Source: an uncultured virus (IMG/VR IMGVR_UViG_3300028571_000012)
Lineage: Duplodnaviria > Heunggongvirae > Uroviricota > Caudoviricetes
Reading direction: 5' to 3' (one strand)
Virus record (IMG/VR): IMGVR_UViG_3300028571_000012
Length of the DNA stretch: 64,000 bases
Part shown: positions 1 to 10,494 of the stretch, one piece after another
How the letters are laid out: every line of letters starts with the position of its first letter
Position numbering within the stretch: the first letter of the stretch is position 1
Notes under the pieces: model-generated
Database searches by the model: none
What the model was told of the DNA's origin: nothing
What the model saw: the letters and a program-made list of their open reading frames with translations, nothing else
Position numbers and translations under genes: made by a program

Positions 1-697
1 TAGTAGAAGTAGAAGTAAAACCATCATTTACTCTTAATTTCAAAACAGATCCTGTGGATCCTGTGGTAGTATATCCTTCGCCTCCATCAATAATGGTAAA
101 ACCGGTAACAACACCTCCGCATTGTGCGATTGAATTGGTTTCTTCGTTTCCAGTTAATTTTGTAGTACGAATATCAGTAAATGTATTGGTTCTGACAATT
201 TGTGTACTTGGCGTTTCTTGGACCAAAACCCAAGTATAACCATCACCACTTAAAGTAAATGGTGCGTATTTGGATGATTGAACTGTAGGTTGAACGGTCG
301 ACGCGCTTGATCCAGCTTTAATGCATAGGAAGATTGCTCCGTTTATAGTAACATAACATGGTTGTAAATTACCCGACGGATAAAAAGTCTCATTGTTGTA
401 TGAGCTGTAAGTTTGATATGTATTACCACTTTTCCAAGCCACGGCCGGTATAACTCTTCCAACACCTGTTAAGGCATTTAAAGAAACCAAAGTACTAAGA
501 TTATTAAGTACTTCCAACGCATCCGCTTGTGTACCTACGGCAACAGGAACGCTGAAATTTATATTTTCTTCATCATTATCCCAACGATCCTGTTTACCAA
601 TACCAAGGTAATATTTACCATTTGTTCGAGCTGATATATCGTTTAAAAATAATCGTGTATTATTTCTGCGAAAGTTTTCTGTTATAATTGCTGACAT
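1..697 (-). CDS. gp8: baseplate wedge protein, T4 gp8-like (runs off window start)
   Basis: Not in ORF track; manual translation from ATG at 697 gives MSAIITENFRRNNTRLFLNDI...YYLGIGKQDRW...WKSGNTY...DGYTW, typical gp8 N-terminus; late promoter TATAAATA at 703-710. Confidence 0.75.
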   Translation of the reverse strand, partial: MSAIITENFRRNNTRLFLNDISARTNGKYYLGIGKQDRWDNDEENINFSVPVAVGTQADALEVLNNLSTLVSLNALTGVGRVIPAVAWKSGNTYQTYSSYNNETFYPSGNLQPCYVTINGAIFLCIKAGSSASTVQPTVQSSKYAPFTLSGDGYTWVLVQETPSTQIVRTNTFTDIRTTKLTGNEETNSIAQCGGVVTGFTIIDGGEGYTTTGSTGSVLKLRVNDGFTSTST

Positions 698-712
698 AGT
701 ACTATTTATATG

Positions 713-3148
713 TTATACGATTGAAATTTTTCTAAGAATGGTAGAATTTGTAAGATCCAAACCTAACATATAGTCTCCGGCATATCCCGCACCCCACAAA
801 TTATCATTTTGATCAACTGCAACAAGAACGGTTCCACTATTGTATCCAAAAAGTGATATGTCTTTAAAGCTTAAATTACCATCCATTATTATTTGCCCAA
901 AGGACTTTTTTGTTTCATTGTCACCGCGACCGCATTGGCCGTAACCGTTATAACCAGTTGTCCAAATTGTACCATCACTTTTAAGAATTGCCGTGACAGT
1001 ATAATTATCATGTGTTTCTACTTTTAATGCGGTTCCTGTAAAACCTATTGGTGTTTCAGGAGCAATTTGATCTGTGGTATTATTGGTACCTAATTGGCCG
1101 TTAGCGTTATAGCCCCATGTTTTTACTGCTCCATTGGTTTGTCTACAAATCACATTTGTTCCATTCCAACCACCCAATGAAAGTTGTGCACAAGTATTAC
1201 CGTTTCCCAAATTTATTTGTCCAAAGGTACTTTTATTAAAATTATCACCGCGTCCCAATTGACCGTAAGCGTTATATCCGCAAGACCATATTTCACCGCT
1301 GCGTATAATATATGCGGAGGATCTATAGTCACCGTGCGATAATAATATATCGTCAGCAAGTCTGCCTGGAACCAAAGTAAAAAGGTTTCTTCGAATCGCG
1401 TCTCCATGACCTAATTGTCCGACATTGTTATAACCACATGAATAAACTTTATTATTGTTGTCTATGGCATATGAAAAATTATGATGGGCATGTGTAAAAA
1501 CCTTTCTAAAACTTATATTGGTTGTTAATGCTGTATAGTCGATACTATTAGGCAGAGCGGGCGATATTGTATTTGTAATAGCAGCAGTGGTGGAAACAGT
1601 TGGTATTGTAAAAGTATCAGCGTCCGTTCTGGTAACAGCGTATGTTCGCGTAGGAATAATTGTTGAAAATGCCTTTGTTACATCAATATTATCACCTGTC
1701 TGCAAACCGTGTGCTGTCAATGTAATTGTTGCAAATGCAGTACCAGCACTTCGAGCTCCAACTAAGGCTTTTTCAAACTTGGCTGTGACAACTTGTTGAG
1801 GAGTATAATAATTATTAGAATTACCAAGACCTAATGATTGATCATCACCAAAGCCCCACATATAAAGTTTACCGCTTGCAGTAACTGCACCGCAAGAAAT
1901 TGCATTCCGTGCTATACCAGACATTGGGGAAAACCAAACAACAGGATCGCCAAATGGAAATGTTGTTATTTTCTGAAATGTAGTTCTATCAACGGCGTCT
2001 CCAACTCCTAATTGACCGTAACCGTTATAACCACTTGAATATACATTTCCGGCGTCTGTAAGTAAATACATTGATGGATCATCAATACCACCTGAATAAA
2101 TGTTTACTATTTTTTCACCAGAAGCCAACGGAACCATTAACGGGCGATGCTCTCCAATATATGTTGCATTATTGTTTGGCCCTTGGATTGATTCCCCTCC
2201 TCCATAACCACCGGAGTACAATCCTCCATTTTTTGAAATAAAAGATACGGTGCGGTAAAATGAACTTGTCGCTCTTTCAATTCCATTAGGATTTCTTTCA
2301 ATTTCGATGACACCAGCGGAATCAATAGCAGCAGTGCTAACGGTCGGTATTGTAAAAACATTATCATTTGTTTTGGTAACAGCGTATGTTCCCACAGGAA
2401 TAATTGCTGTTCCCGTCGATGGATATGGTGTGGTTACAACAATGTTATTACCATTGACAAAACCATGAGCAGTTAATGTAATTGTCGCAATTGCTGTATC
2501 AATTGATCGAGTCGAAACAGCGGCGTTTACACTATTACCACCAAATGTGCCCCATGGATTACTATTTGTATTAAGATAATTTTGAATCGCAGTTGATGTA
2601 GGCACACTGGAATGACCAGATATTGGGTTTGATAAATTGGTATCAAGGTTAAGCAATTCAACGTTTCCTGATCCGGAAGTTCTTCTTCCTAAAATTTGAT
2701 TTGCATTGATATTTTGAATTTTATCAAATGTAACACCATCATTGATTATTGCATTTGTATTTACAGCATCTGTTCCGATATTAGCTTCAGCTATAACTCC
2801 AACCGAAAGTATACCAGAAGTAGGATCCTTTACTATTGTTGTTTCGTCAACAGTGACTGTTCCCGAAGCACCTGTATCACCTTTAAGCCCCGTATCACCT
2901 TTATCACCTTTAGCTCCCGTAAGCCCCGTATCGCCTTTAGGTCCCACTGGCCCTGTAATCGCGCTTAAATCATCAGCCAAAGCAATAATTTCACTTGCCA
3001 ATTTTGTGGAAGTAATTTTCTTATTGGTACCAGTTGGAGCAAATGTTGTATCGGATACATCAACAAAAGTGAAAAGATCATCAGCGGCCAAAGCGGCAGA
3101 TCCAATTGAACTAAGTTCTGTAACAGTTTTTGAATTTCCTAAATGCAT
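713..3148 (-). CDS. tail fibre/receptor-binding-like protein: short collagen repeat plus RCC1-repeat beta-propeller
   Basis: GxY triplets (GPKGDTGLTGAKGDKGD), repeated W/YxxGYNxxGQLGxGD motifs, located in baseplate cluster. Confidence 0.7.
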   Translation of the reverse strand: MHLGNSKTVTELSSIGSAALAADDLFTFVDVSDTTFAPTGTNKKITSTKLASEIIALADDLSAITGPVGPKGDTGLTGAKGDKGDTGLKGDTGASGTVTVDETTIVKDPTSGILSVGVIAEANIGTDAVNTNAIINDGVTFDKIQNINANQILGRRTSGSGNVELLNLDTNLSNPISGHSSVPTSTAIQNYLNTNSNPWGTFGGNSVNAAVSTRSIDTAIATITLTAHGFVNGNNIVVTTPYPSTGTAIIPVGTYAVTKTNDNVFTIPTVSTAAIDSAGVIEIERNPNGIERATSSFYRTVSFISKNGGLYSGGYGGGESIQGPNNNATYIGEHRPLMVPLASGEKIVNIYSGGIDDPSMYLLTDAGNVYSSGYNGYGQLGVGDAVDRTTFQKITTFPFGDPVVWFSPMSGIARNAISCGAVTASGKLYMWGFGDDQSLGLGNSNNYYTPQQVVTAKFEKALVGARSAGTAFATITLTAHGLQTGDNIDVTKAFSTIIPTRTYAVTRTDADTFTIPTVSTTAAITNTISPALPNSIDYTALTTNISFRKVFTHAHHNFSYAIDNNNKVYSCGYNNVGQLGHGDAIRRNLFTLVPGRLADDILLSHGDYRSSAYIIRSGEIWSCGYNAYGQLGRGDNFNKSTFGQINLGNGNTCAQLSLGGWNGTNVICRQTNGAVKTWGYNANGQLGTNNTTDQIAPETPIGFTGTALKVETHDNYTVTAILKSDGTIWTTGYNGYGQCGRGDNETKKSFGQIIMDGNLSFKDISLFGYNSGTVLVAVDQNDNLWGAGYAGDYMLGLDLTNSTILRKISIV

Positions 3149-3164
3149 ATATGTTGTATTTATA

Positions 3165-4352
3165 TTATCCTAATTGTATATAATCGCGATCTTGGAATTG
3201 TGCATATTCACGGTTTTGATGCAGCAACGTGTTGTGCGGTTCAGCATTAAATGTCAGCACAGGAGATTGGTCCGAACCATTATCAAATGTTAGCGCCTTA
3301 CCGTTAAGTGTCAATGCATAATTTCCATTAAATATTACAATTCCTGATGTAATATATGTTGAAAGGTTTAAAAACTTACAACCGTTGGTTTCGCTGTACG
3401 GTTCATTTGCTTCAAATATTGTTTTATTTAGAAATCCACAGTCCTTTAAAGTACATTCGTCAATAAATTTAAAGCCATGATAATCATAATCAGCGCGAAC
3501 AAGAGAATTTCTACTATTGCTGGATTGAATAATAATTGTTAATACCGCAAGAATAAAATATGCTTGTTCTGTTGAAACATGCGGCCAACCGACAGGTCGT
3601 GAATCCGCTTGAAAAAGAAACCTAAGAAGCAATTCGCGTATCCAACCAGGTTGATATATTGGTGTATGTTGACCAGGATAAGTCAGCTCCAACCGTTTGA
3701 TCCAATCTGTATTGTCATCAACAATATTAAAAGTTGGTATTTTTTTGGAATCAAAAGTGTTTGGTGCAAATAATTGAACTGCAAGCTCATAAAACATTTT
3801 AAGACCCGCTGGGTGCATAAAATTATTAAATGCATCAGACCATAATGAGGTATCAAGTGATGCGCGAACTACATATGAAAAGTGCTGCCAATAATAACTG
3901 TCTTGAATTTTTGATGTATGAGACGGAAAGGATTTTTCGGGTGAACTCGACGGTTCAAATAAAAGCTCCTTAGGATAACGAATGCTGGCAGTTTCGTTAA
4001 ACAGTATTTTAAATAGTGTAAGAATATTATCTTCACTACCTCTGCTGTTGTAGTATTTTACAATTATTTTATATAATGATACACGATCAAGAACTCGAGA
4101 ATTGGGAACATTTGAGGCAATAAGATTTTGAATTGAATCAAGATATTTCAGTGAAACAATATCCAAATCTTTATTCAATAAAACACTGCTTATTTCCAAC
4201 GACGGGCCGCCGACACTGTTTAAATAATTATAATATTCGTCCAAAAATTGGACCAACTTTTCGGCATTACCACGAATAGTTTCAGGCAACAGAGTGTTTA
4301 CTCCATAGCTTTCAACATTTCTTGGTGTGGCGTTGGCTATACTGAATAACAT
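3165..4352 (-). CDS. baseplate wedge protein, short gp7-like
   Basis: LVQFLDEYYNYL, YYNSRGSE..LFKILFN, KIQDSYYWQHFSY, HPAG motifs; directly downstream of gp6. Confidence 0.6.
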   Translation of the reverse strand: MLFSIANATPRNVESYGVNTLLPETIRGNAEKLVQFLDEYYNYLNSVGGPSLEISSVLLNKDLDIVSLKYLDSIQNLIASNVPNSRVLDRVSLYKIIVKYYNSRGSEDNILTLFKILFNETASIRYPKELLFEPSSSPEKSFPSHTSKIQDSYYWQHFSYVVRASLDTSLWSDAFNNFMHPAGLKMFYELAVQLFAPNTFDSKKIPTFNIVDDNTDWIKRLELTYPGQHTPIYQPGWIRELLLRFLFQADSRPVGWPHVSTEQAYFILAVLTIIIQSSNSRNSLVRADYDYHGFKFIDECTLKDCGFLNKTIFEANEPYSETNGCKFLNLSTYITSGIVIFNGNYALTLNGKALTFDNGSDQSPVLTFNAEPHNTLLHQNREYAQFQDRDYIQLG

Positions 4353-4355
4353 TTT

Positions 4356-6314
4356 TTATCTTTCGCGTGAAAATGATTGATAATCAACTGCTCGGCTTGA
4401 TCCGCCGGAAGCAATAATGTCAACGTCGGCTGTAAGGCTTAGACGATCCATATCAATGGTAAGCACTTGATTGCGTTTTGGTGCAACGTCATTTGACTCT
4501 GGAATTACATCAATGTATACGGTAACATCATCATCTGCTTCCAAAGAATCAAGTGTTAATATTCCAGCGTCCAAATCTATGGTGCCAATAGGACGATCCT
4601 CAATTCCATTAACATTTTTAAATTTACTGACAGAGCCATTTTCCAATGTATATTTGAAAATATTCCTAATGTTTGCAACATTGGACGGTTCATCTCCAAG
4701 ATAAATTGTTCTTCCTCTATATGAATAGCCTTGAAACGCCGCAATTGTTTTACCGTCCAATACTGTAAGAGGTGTACCAAAATCTACTACAATTCTTTCA
4801 GGTTGTAATGTTTGATTGTTGATTGTTTGTTCCGATTTAATATCAATTTTTTTGGATACAAATACTCGAACCAAACTGTTAAGAATTGCAAGATCACTAG
4901 TATCAATTGATTGTAATAATGTCGAATGTCTAAATACCTTTTCGAATGAATCCAAATAATCACGATTAAAGGCATCAATAACATTATATACTTTATTTTC
5001 CAATTGATTTTTTGAAAGTACACTAAGGTTGTTATTGTATTTAAAAAGAACATCAAGAACAAGTGTAATACGTTGCGGATCTACCAACACAGGAGATATG
5101 GATAATATTTTTTTAGAATCCAAAAAATTCAATACTGCTTGTTTTTCACCCGGAGTAAGAGTTACACCATTTTCTTCTTCCGTTTGCGGTTGAATACTTA
5201 TGTAAACATTTCCGTATTGTGGAGGAACATTATTTTCACCGCCCCATACTGCAATACTTTTTGCAATTGAAAAATTAGAATAAATTAATGATTTATAATC
5301 GTTTGCTGTTACAGCTCTGTTTTGTGTAACAAATGATGCAGGTGCGCTTAATCGGATACTATCAATACTTTCTTTTTCATTGCCACCAAACGATTTTTCA
5401 AAAACGACAGTTCCGTTGGCATCAATTGTAGACATTGCTGTCACGTTTGATTGTGATGATGCATAAAGAATTGTAGGTCCTACATATTTAAAAGTTTTTG
5501 CACCGTTGGATGATGAACCTGTTGTTGTTAAATATTCAATTTCAACAATTCCCAAATTTGGCGGTCTTTTGCCAAATGTTCCTGTGTTACTAAATGATAT
5601 TTGATATTTACCGTATGCATTCTCAGAAAGAAAATAAATCGATGCAACGGCCAAGTTTGACTCATTGGTTAATTGAAGCGTTGTAAAATTTCTATATACT
5701 TCGAATGATGAAGCGTTCACGTGGTCGTACACACGTACAATCATTGTGCTTATATCAATGTTGTCATCATCAATTTGATATACGTTTTTATCATTGGAAT
5801 TTGAAAGAGCAAATCTGTTTCTTCTTAATGAACCTTCTCTTAATAAAATATTAGTGCCTGTATATCTTGATGATGCATCAATTTCCAATTTGTGATCATC
5901 CAATGTTGTATAAATGTACGAATCATCACCGTAGGTTGTTTTAAAATTAGATCCTCTTGGTAATGTAATGTATGTATTAGGATTAGGGGGGCTTGTTGCC
6001 ATACCAAATTCAACTTTAACATTAATTGATGGCGCCGTTTTGCTTCGTGGAACATATCCTAAAAGTTTGGCATTTGAAACAACGCTGCTTCTTAATTGAG
6101 CTGTATCAATAAAGCTTTCGTTGACAGCAGTGTGTGCCAACATGGCATTATAATGCGTGTTATATGACAATACATCCAACAATTGATTTAATCCAGATCC
6201 TGAATAATCATAATCTTTAAATGGTTCGGTATTTTTAAAATAAGTTATAAGATTGGATTTGATGCTATCAAAATCCAATTCGGTAACGTCCAAGCGTTTT
6301 TGTAAATTTGCCAT
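4356..6314 (-). CDS. gp6: baseplate wedge subunit gp6
   Basis: ELDFDSIKSNL..F.DYDYSGSGL..LLDVLSYNTHY, ESIDSIR..AP, QNRAVTANDY, WGGE motifs. Confidence 0.95.
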   Translation of the reverse strand: MANLQKRLDVTELDFDSIKSNLITYFKNTEPFKDYDYSGSGLNQLLDVLSYNTHYNAMLAHTAVNESFIDTAQLRSSVVSNAKLLGYVPRSKTAPSINVKVEFGMATSPPNPNTYITLPRGSNFKTTYGDDSYIYTTLDDHKLEIDASSRYTGTNILLREGSLRRNRFALSNSNDKNVYQIDDDNIDISTMIVRVYDHVNASSFEVYRNFTTLQLTNESNLAVASIYFLSENAYGKYQISFSNTGTFGKRPPNLGIVEIEYLTTTGSSSNGAKTFKYVGPTILYASSQSNVTAMSTIDANGTVVFEKSFGGNEKESIDSIRLSAPASFVTQNRAVTANDYKSLIYSNFSIAKSIAVWGGENNVPPQYGNVYISIQPQTEEENGVTLTPGEKQAVLNFLDSKKILSISPVLVDPQRITLVLDVLFKYNNNLSVLSKNQLENKVYNVIDAFNRDYLDSFEKVFRHSTLLQSIDTSDLAILNSLVRVFVSKKIDIKSEQTINNQTLQPERIVVDFGTPLTVLDGKTIAAFQGYSYRGRTIYLGDEPSNVANIRNIFKYTLENGSVSKFKNVNGIEDRPIGTIDLDAGILTLDSLEADDDVTVYIDVIPESNDVAPKRNQVLTIDMDRLSLTADVDIIASGGSSRAVDYQSFSRER

Positions 6315-6319
6315 ATTTT

Positions 6320-6757
6320 TTATCTTAATCTGCTTAAATACAATTCAAATTGTTCATTGCGGTTGTTAAAAACAACAAATCCTATTGTAATAACGTATGC
6401 GTTTCTTTCACTATCATCTTGAATTTGAACTGTAACATTTTTAACTCGCGGTTCAAATTCACTAATTACGGTTGTAATGGTATCTTTTAATGATAATGCC
6501 GTAAATAAATCTACTGGTTCAAATAGTAATGCTCTTATACCTGCGCCAATTTCTGGATGAAACGGTCGCTCAAGAAAACTTGTTTGAACAAGATTACTAA
6601 TGGAATTTTTAACAGCGGCAATATCAAGAACAGGTTTTATATCATTTGTTGTAGGGTGAACATTGAATGATAAATCCAAATCACTGTATACATTTCCTCG
6701 CGAAATATTACTGGATTTTTTACCGCGTTCATTAAAATCTGAAAGTTTCAAACTCAT
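6320..6757 (-). CDS. gp25: baseplate wedge subunit gp25
   Basis: YSDLDLSF..HP, AVKNSISNLV.T...ERPFHPEIG, FEPRV. Confidence 0.95.
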   Translation of the reverse strand: MSLKLSDFNERGKKSSNISRGNVYSDLDLSFNVHPTTNDIKPVLDIAAVKNSISNLVQTSFLERPFHPEIGAGIRALLFEPVDLFTALSLKDTITTVISEFEPRVKNVTVQIQDDSERNAYVITIGFVVFNNRNEQFELYLSRLR

Positions 6758-6788
6758 TACATTACTATTTATACAAAAAAGTTAGCGG

Positions 6789-8699
6789 TTATTTAGGACC
6801 TCCGCTTACGATTCTTATTTCAATAGGTGTTGTATATGATGGTTTTGTTTTTCCCCCTTGGTTTTTCGAACCACTTGTAATTTGTTTTTTCAACATTGTA
6901 TCTCCAGCAACAAAATAATCAAGTACATTTTTGGACATTCCTCCAGTATCATCAACTCGTACTCGGCCGCTTCCCACAGGTGCTTTTGTGTCGGCAAATC
7001 TTATATCAAGAACAGTTCCGTGTTTAAAATAATTGGATGCAACACTTGTACCTTTTACAAGTTTGTTGTTTCTGTTTCCCAAATATTGCCATTCTTCTTT
7101 AATTTTGCCTGATGCTATATCATCCGCAGTTGTCGCGTCCAACGTTGATCCGTCATCTGCTTTGACGTGACCGTATGCACTCATGTACCATGGTAACCAA
7201 TCTCCCGATCCGCTTGGCGTATAAAAGTTTCTTATAACTTGTGCATTACGAGAGATAACATCAGATATTATTGTTCCTCTATTATTAAAATCTGTAAGAA
7301 TATCATTTGACCAGGACGGATGTTGTGCCGCGGTATTTGCTATTGATGTATCAAATTCGGCGCGATATGCCGCATCTTTGGAATCATCAACTGTTTTGGC
7401 AATTTTATCATGATATGCAAGCGCGATGGTATGCAAATATGATATGCTCGAAACATAATTTTCTTGATCTGTTCCACTATAAGACGCCGATACTGTTTGA
7501 TCAGTTTCAGTGTATTCTTTTAATTGAAATGTAAATGAATCATATTCATCTTTTGGAGCCGAATCATATTCTGCGGTGCCTACAGGAATTGCAACACCGC
7601 TTACACTTGACGGTGGAACACCCAATGGAATATTTGTAAGAGCAGGAAGCGGTTTACCGTCAAGACTATAATTTGTCACCTTACAAAAATCAGAATTTAA
7701 TGCTTGTTCAACAATACCTGATATACCACTTACCGCGGCAAAATCATCTATTATCTTGTTTGTTTTTTCTATTAAATCAATTCCCGTGTATGATCGTAGT
7801 GCATTTAGTGCACCCAACAATGTAAGCTCTTTTAGGTTAAAATTTTGAATGTATTCTACAATCTTTTGAACTCTATCATAACTATCCTTTAACCGTTGTA
7901 AGTCTTCAAATATAAGACCAGTGGAATCTCTTAAAGCGCTTTCAGCTTTTTCTGTGGCAAATTTTATTGCCATTTCCATCAAACGATTTGGAATATTTTT
8001 GGCGCAATCTGCCAACGATTGTGCTTGCGATAATGCATTTATTGATTCCAATGGAAAATATGAAAGTATGGAATCCATGTCACCAGACGCAAAAGTACCG
8101 CTTAATGCATCATTTTTTTGTTGACGAATTTCCTCGTCATCATTAAATAACGGTTCTGTTACAGTAACACGTGCACCGTTTGAATTTACATAATCGGCCG
8201 CCGTTGACACTCGCACCCAAGCAGTAAAAGATTCTTGAACATTGGTCTTTGTGTATGACGCACTTGTCGCACCAACAATAGGGTTATCATTAAGACCTGA
8301 AGAACCAAGATACCATTGATAGGAATATGGAGTAAGATTTGGCGTTGGTGCAACGACAACTGATAATGTTGCACTTTCTCCTGTTCTTACATTTACGGAC
8401 GACGGTTCAGTGCTTATTACAGGCGGATCAATTACTGTAATTGTTACACTATTGCTTGTGACAAAAACTGTTGGTGCTGCGCTGCTTGATACCTTAACAT
8501 AATAACTTTTTGATAATGTTAATGGCAACGGAGTAAATGATGCCGATGTTCCACTTTGTAGCAAAACATCAACTGTGGTGTCTTCATACCAATCGTAATT
8601 TAATGTACCTGAAGTTGTTGTTGCAAATACACTAAGTGTATTTGTTCGGTTTTTAACTACGGTAGAATTGACCGGTTGAGTTGTTATTGTTACGGCCAT
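6789..8699 (-). CDS. virion protein with two Ig-like domains and C-terminal 3D (MltA/RlpA-like) domain
   Basis: TQP/TEP..V..YxWY..GATSASYT Ig repeats; C-terminal VASN..GTVL..VDDTGG..LDYFV. Confidence 0.6.
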   Translation of the reverse strand: MAVTITTQPVNSTVVKNRTNTLSVFATTTSGTLNYDWYEDTTVDVLLQSGTSASFTPLPLTLSKSYYVKVSSSAAPTVFVTSNSVTITVIDPPVISTEPSSVNVRTGESATLSVVVAPTPNLTPYSYQWYLGSSGLNDNPIVGATSASYTKTNVQESFTAWVRVSTAADYVNSNGARVTVTEPLFNDDEEIRQQKNDALSGTFASGDMDSILSYFPLESINALSQAQSLADCAKNIPNRLMEMAIKFATEKAESALRDSTGLIFEDLQRLKDSYDRVQKIVEYIQNFNLKELTLLGALNALRSYTGIDLIEKTNKIIDDFAAVSGISGIVEQALNSDFCKVTNYSLDGKPLPALTNIPLGVPPSSVSGVAIPVGTAEYDSAPKDEYDSFTFQLKEYTETDQTVSASYSGTDQENYVSSISYLHTIALAYHDKIAKTVDDSKDAAYRAEFDTSIANTAAQHPSWSNDILTDFNNRGTIISDVISRNAQVIRNFYTPSGSGDWLPWYMSAYGHVKADDGSTLDATTADDIASGKIKEEWQYLGNRNNKLVKGTSVASNYFKHGTVLDIRFADTKAPVGSGRVRVDDTGGMSKNVLDYFVAGDTMLKKQITSGSKNQGGKTKPSYTTPIEIRIVSGGPK

Positions 8700-8701
8700 A
8701 T

Positions 8702-9484
8702 TTAATTATCCAAATTGATTGTTGATCCTTTAATTTGAACAGCACCGGAACTGTCAAGTGTTGTTGAACCTTTGCTTTTACTTGTAAAGTTTGCACTGTT
8801 AATTGTTGTTGCGCCAGTGCTTGTTGTAACCAAAGATGAACCTGCGGAAATTATCGTTCCTTGTGCACTTCTCCATATGGTTTGATTTGCGACAGTTTTA
8901 TTTGACCCTATTATAAGAGTATTATTATCACCTGTAACAGTAATTTCATTGGCGCCATAAACATCACTTTTGCTGTTGCCATGAATTTCCAATTTATTGC
9001 TCGCGCCTATAAAAGTTTCGCTTGCACCGTTTACAGTATGTTTATGGTCACCTTGAACTGTAATTTTTTGAGCGCCGCCAATATTCATTGCATACTCATC
9101 AGTCACTTCTGCAAGCATTTGAGCTCCGACTTTTGTTCTTTTGGTTCCCTTTATTGTTTCATTATAATCACCATTAACTTCAACATTATAATTGCCATTG
9201 ACAACAGTGTTGCAATCACCCATTACAGTAATTTGCACATTGCCGCTAACAGTCATATGATCATCACCCAGCACAACTCTATAACCATTGGCAAGAATTG
9301 TCAGCGTGTGCTCACCGTTTGCGTTAATTTCTTCGCTTGTACCTGATTTGTGTTTACGGTATATTCGTTCATTGCCAAGAGTATCATCAACTTCAAAAAT
9401 GTGACCTGCTCTTGTTTGAGTTACACTGTTGTAAGGATAAACCGAATCACCTTTAGCCACCGGAGCTGACCATTCATTTGCCAT
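8702..9484 (-). CDS. gp5: baseplate hub needle, gp5 C-terminal beta-helix part
   Basis: YPYNSVTQTRAGHIFEVDDT.GNERI..HKSGT followed by VxGD/N octapeptide repeats. Confidence 0.9.
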   Translation of the reverse strand: MANEWSAPVAKGDSVYPYNSVTQTRAGHIFEVDDTLGNERIYRKHKSGTSEEINANGEHTLTILANGYRVVLGDDHMTVSGNVQITVMGDCNTVVNGNYNVEVNGDYNETIKGTKRTKVGAQMLAEVTDEYAMNIGGAQKITVQGDHKHTVNGASETFIGASNKLEIHGNSKSDVYGANEITVTGDNNTLIIGSNKTVANQTIWRSAQGTIISAGSSLVTTSTGATTINSANFTSKSKGSTTLDSSGAVQIKGSTINLDN

Positions 9485-9498
9485 AGTATTGGTATTTA

Positions 9499-10491
9499 TT
9501 AAATAATAAAAGCTGCAACACTTCGCACGCTTTTAATTGATCTTGTTTTTTCGTAAACACCATTACCTTTTCTGCTTCCTGCGGACCTTGTATTACCTTC
9601 AACGCATTTAAAAGAACCGTTTGAGTCACTATTTGTTGATGCAACACCAATGTGGCTAAAACTAAATATAACAAGATCTCCTGCATTAATTGTTCTTGGG
9701 TTTACTATAAGTTTTGCAACCGAAGGGTTTGATCGCGCCCAAGATTCATAACCACCACCACGAAACGCGGCCGCACTTTTTGGTCTAATATCATCAGGTA
9801 ATACTCCAGTTTGTTGAACACACCAAGATGCAAATGCGGCACACCATGGCTGACGAGCACTATAACCACCGGGAAAGGTTGTGGAGCTCCACAATTCAGC
9901 AATTCCAGGTCCTTGATGTTTCGATGTTTCGTATGTATTACCAATTCTGCTTTTTGCAATTGCTACTAATTTTTCTCGTACACCACCCGCAACATTTGGT
10001 GGTGGAGGAGGATTTTCCATCGAAGATAAAACGCCACTTTGACCTACTGCAAAACCTCCATAAGTTGAAAGACCTCCACTTTGCGCACCACTGGTCGCTG
10101 CACCTGGAATATCATACCCACCGCCTAAGCCATATGAACCATAAGGATCTTTAAACCCAACACCGTCAAATGCACCAAGCCCATTATCATAACCAACAAC
10201 ATCAGAAGAAGATGCGATACTGCTTAATACTACCGGATCTTGCATTTCAGCTCCATCACGGAAAAATCCAAATACCCAACTTCCAGGAACCAACCCGGTT
10301 GCACTAATACCAACACCTAATATACTTGCACTAGTCACAGGCAATAAACATGTGGCCCACGGCAAATCTTCGGTGGGAAGTTCCGCCTTATCATCATTAT
10401 GAAAACCTAGGCAACGGATGCGCACACGACCGCTGTTTGTAGGATCTGATACATCTTCAACAACTGCTGTAAACCATGTTGTAATTGTCAT
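9499..10491 (-). CDS. gp5: gp5 N-terminal OB-fold fused to CHAP amidase/peptidase
   Basis: WFTAVVEDVSDP..GRVRIRCLGFH..LPWA..GSWVFGFFRDG; C-terminal PWCAAFASW..SHIG..VEGNT. Confidence 0.88.
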   Translation of the reverse strand: MTITTWFTAVVEDVSDPTNSGRVRIRCLGFHNDDKAELPTEDLPWATCLLPVTSASILGVGISATGLVPGSWVFGFFRDGAEMQDPVVLSSIASSSDVVGYDNGLGAFDGVGFKDPYGSYGLGGGYDIPGAATSGAQSGGLSTYGGFAVGQSGVLSSMENPPPPPNVAGGVREKLVAIAKSRIGNTYETSKHQGPGIAELWSSTTFPGGYSARQPWCAAFASWCVQQTGVLPDDIRPKSAAAFRGGGYESWARSNPSVAKLIVNPRTINAGDLVIFSFSHIGVASTNSDSNGSFKCVEGNTRSAGSRKGNGVYEKTRSIKSVRSVAAFII

Positions 10492-10494
10492 ACT

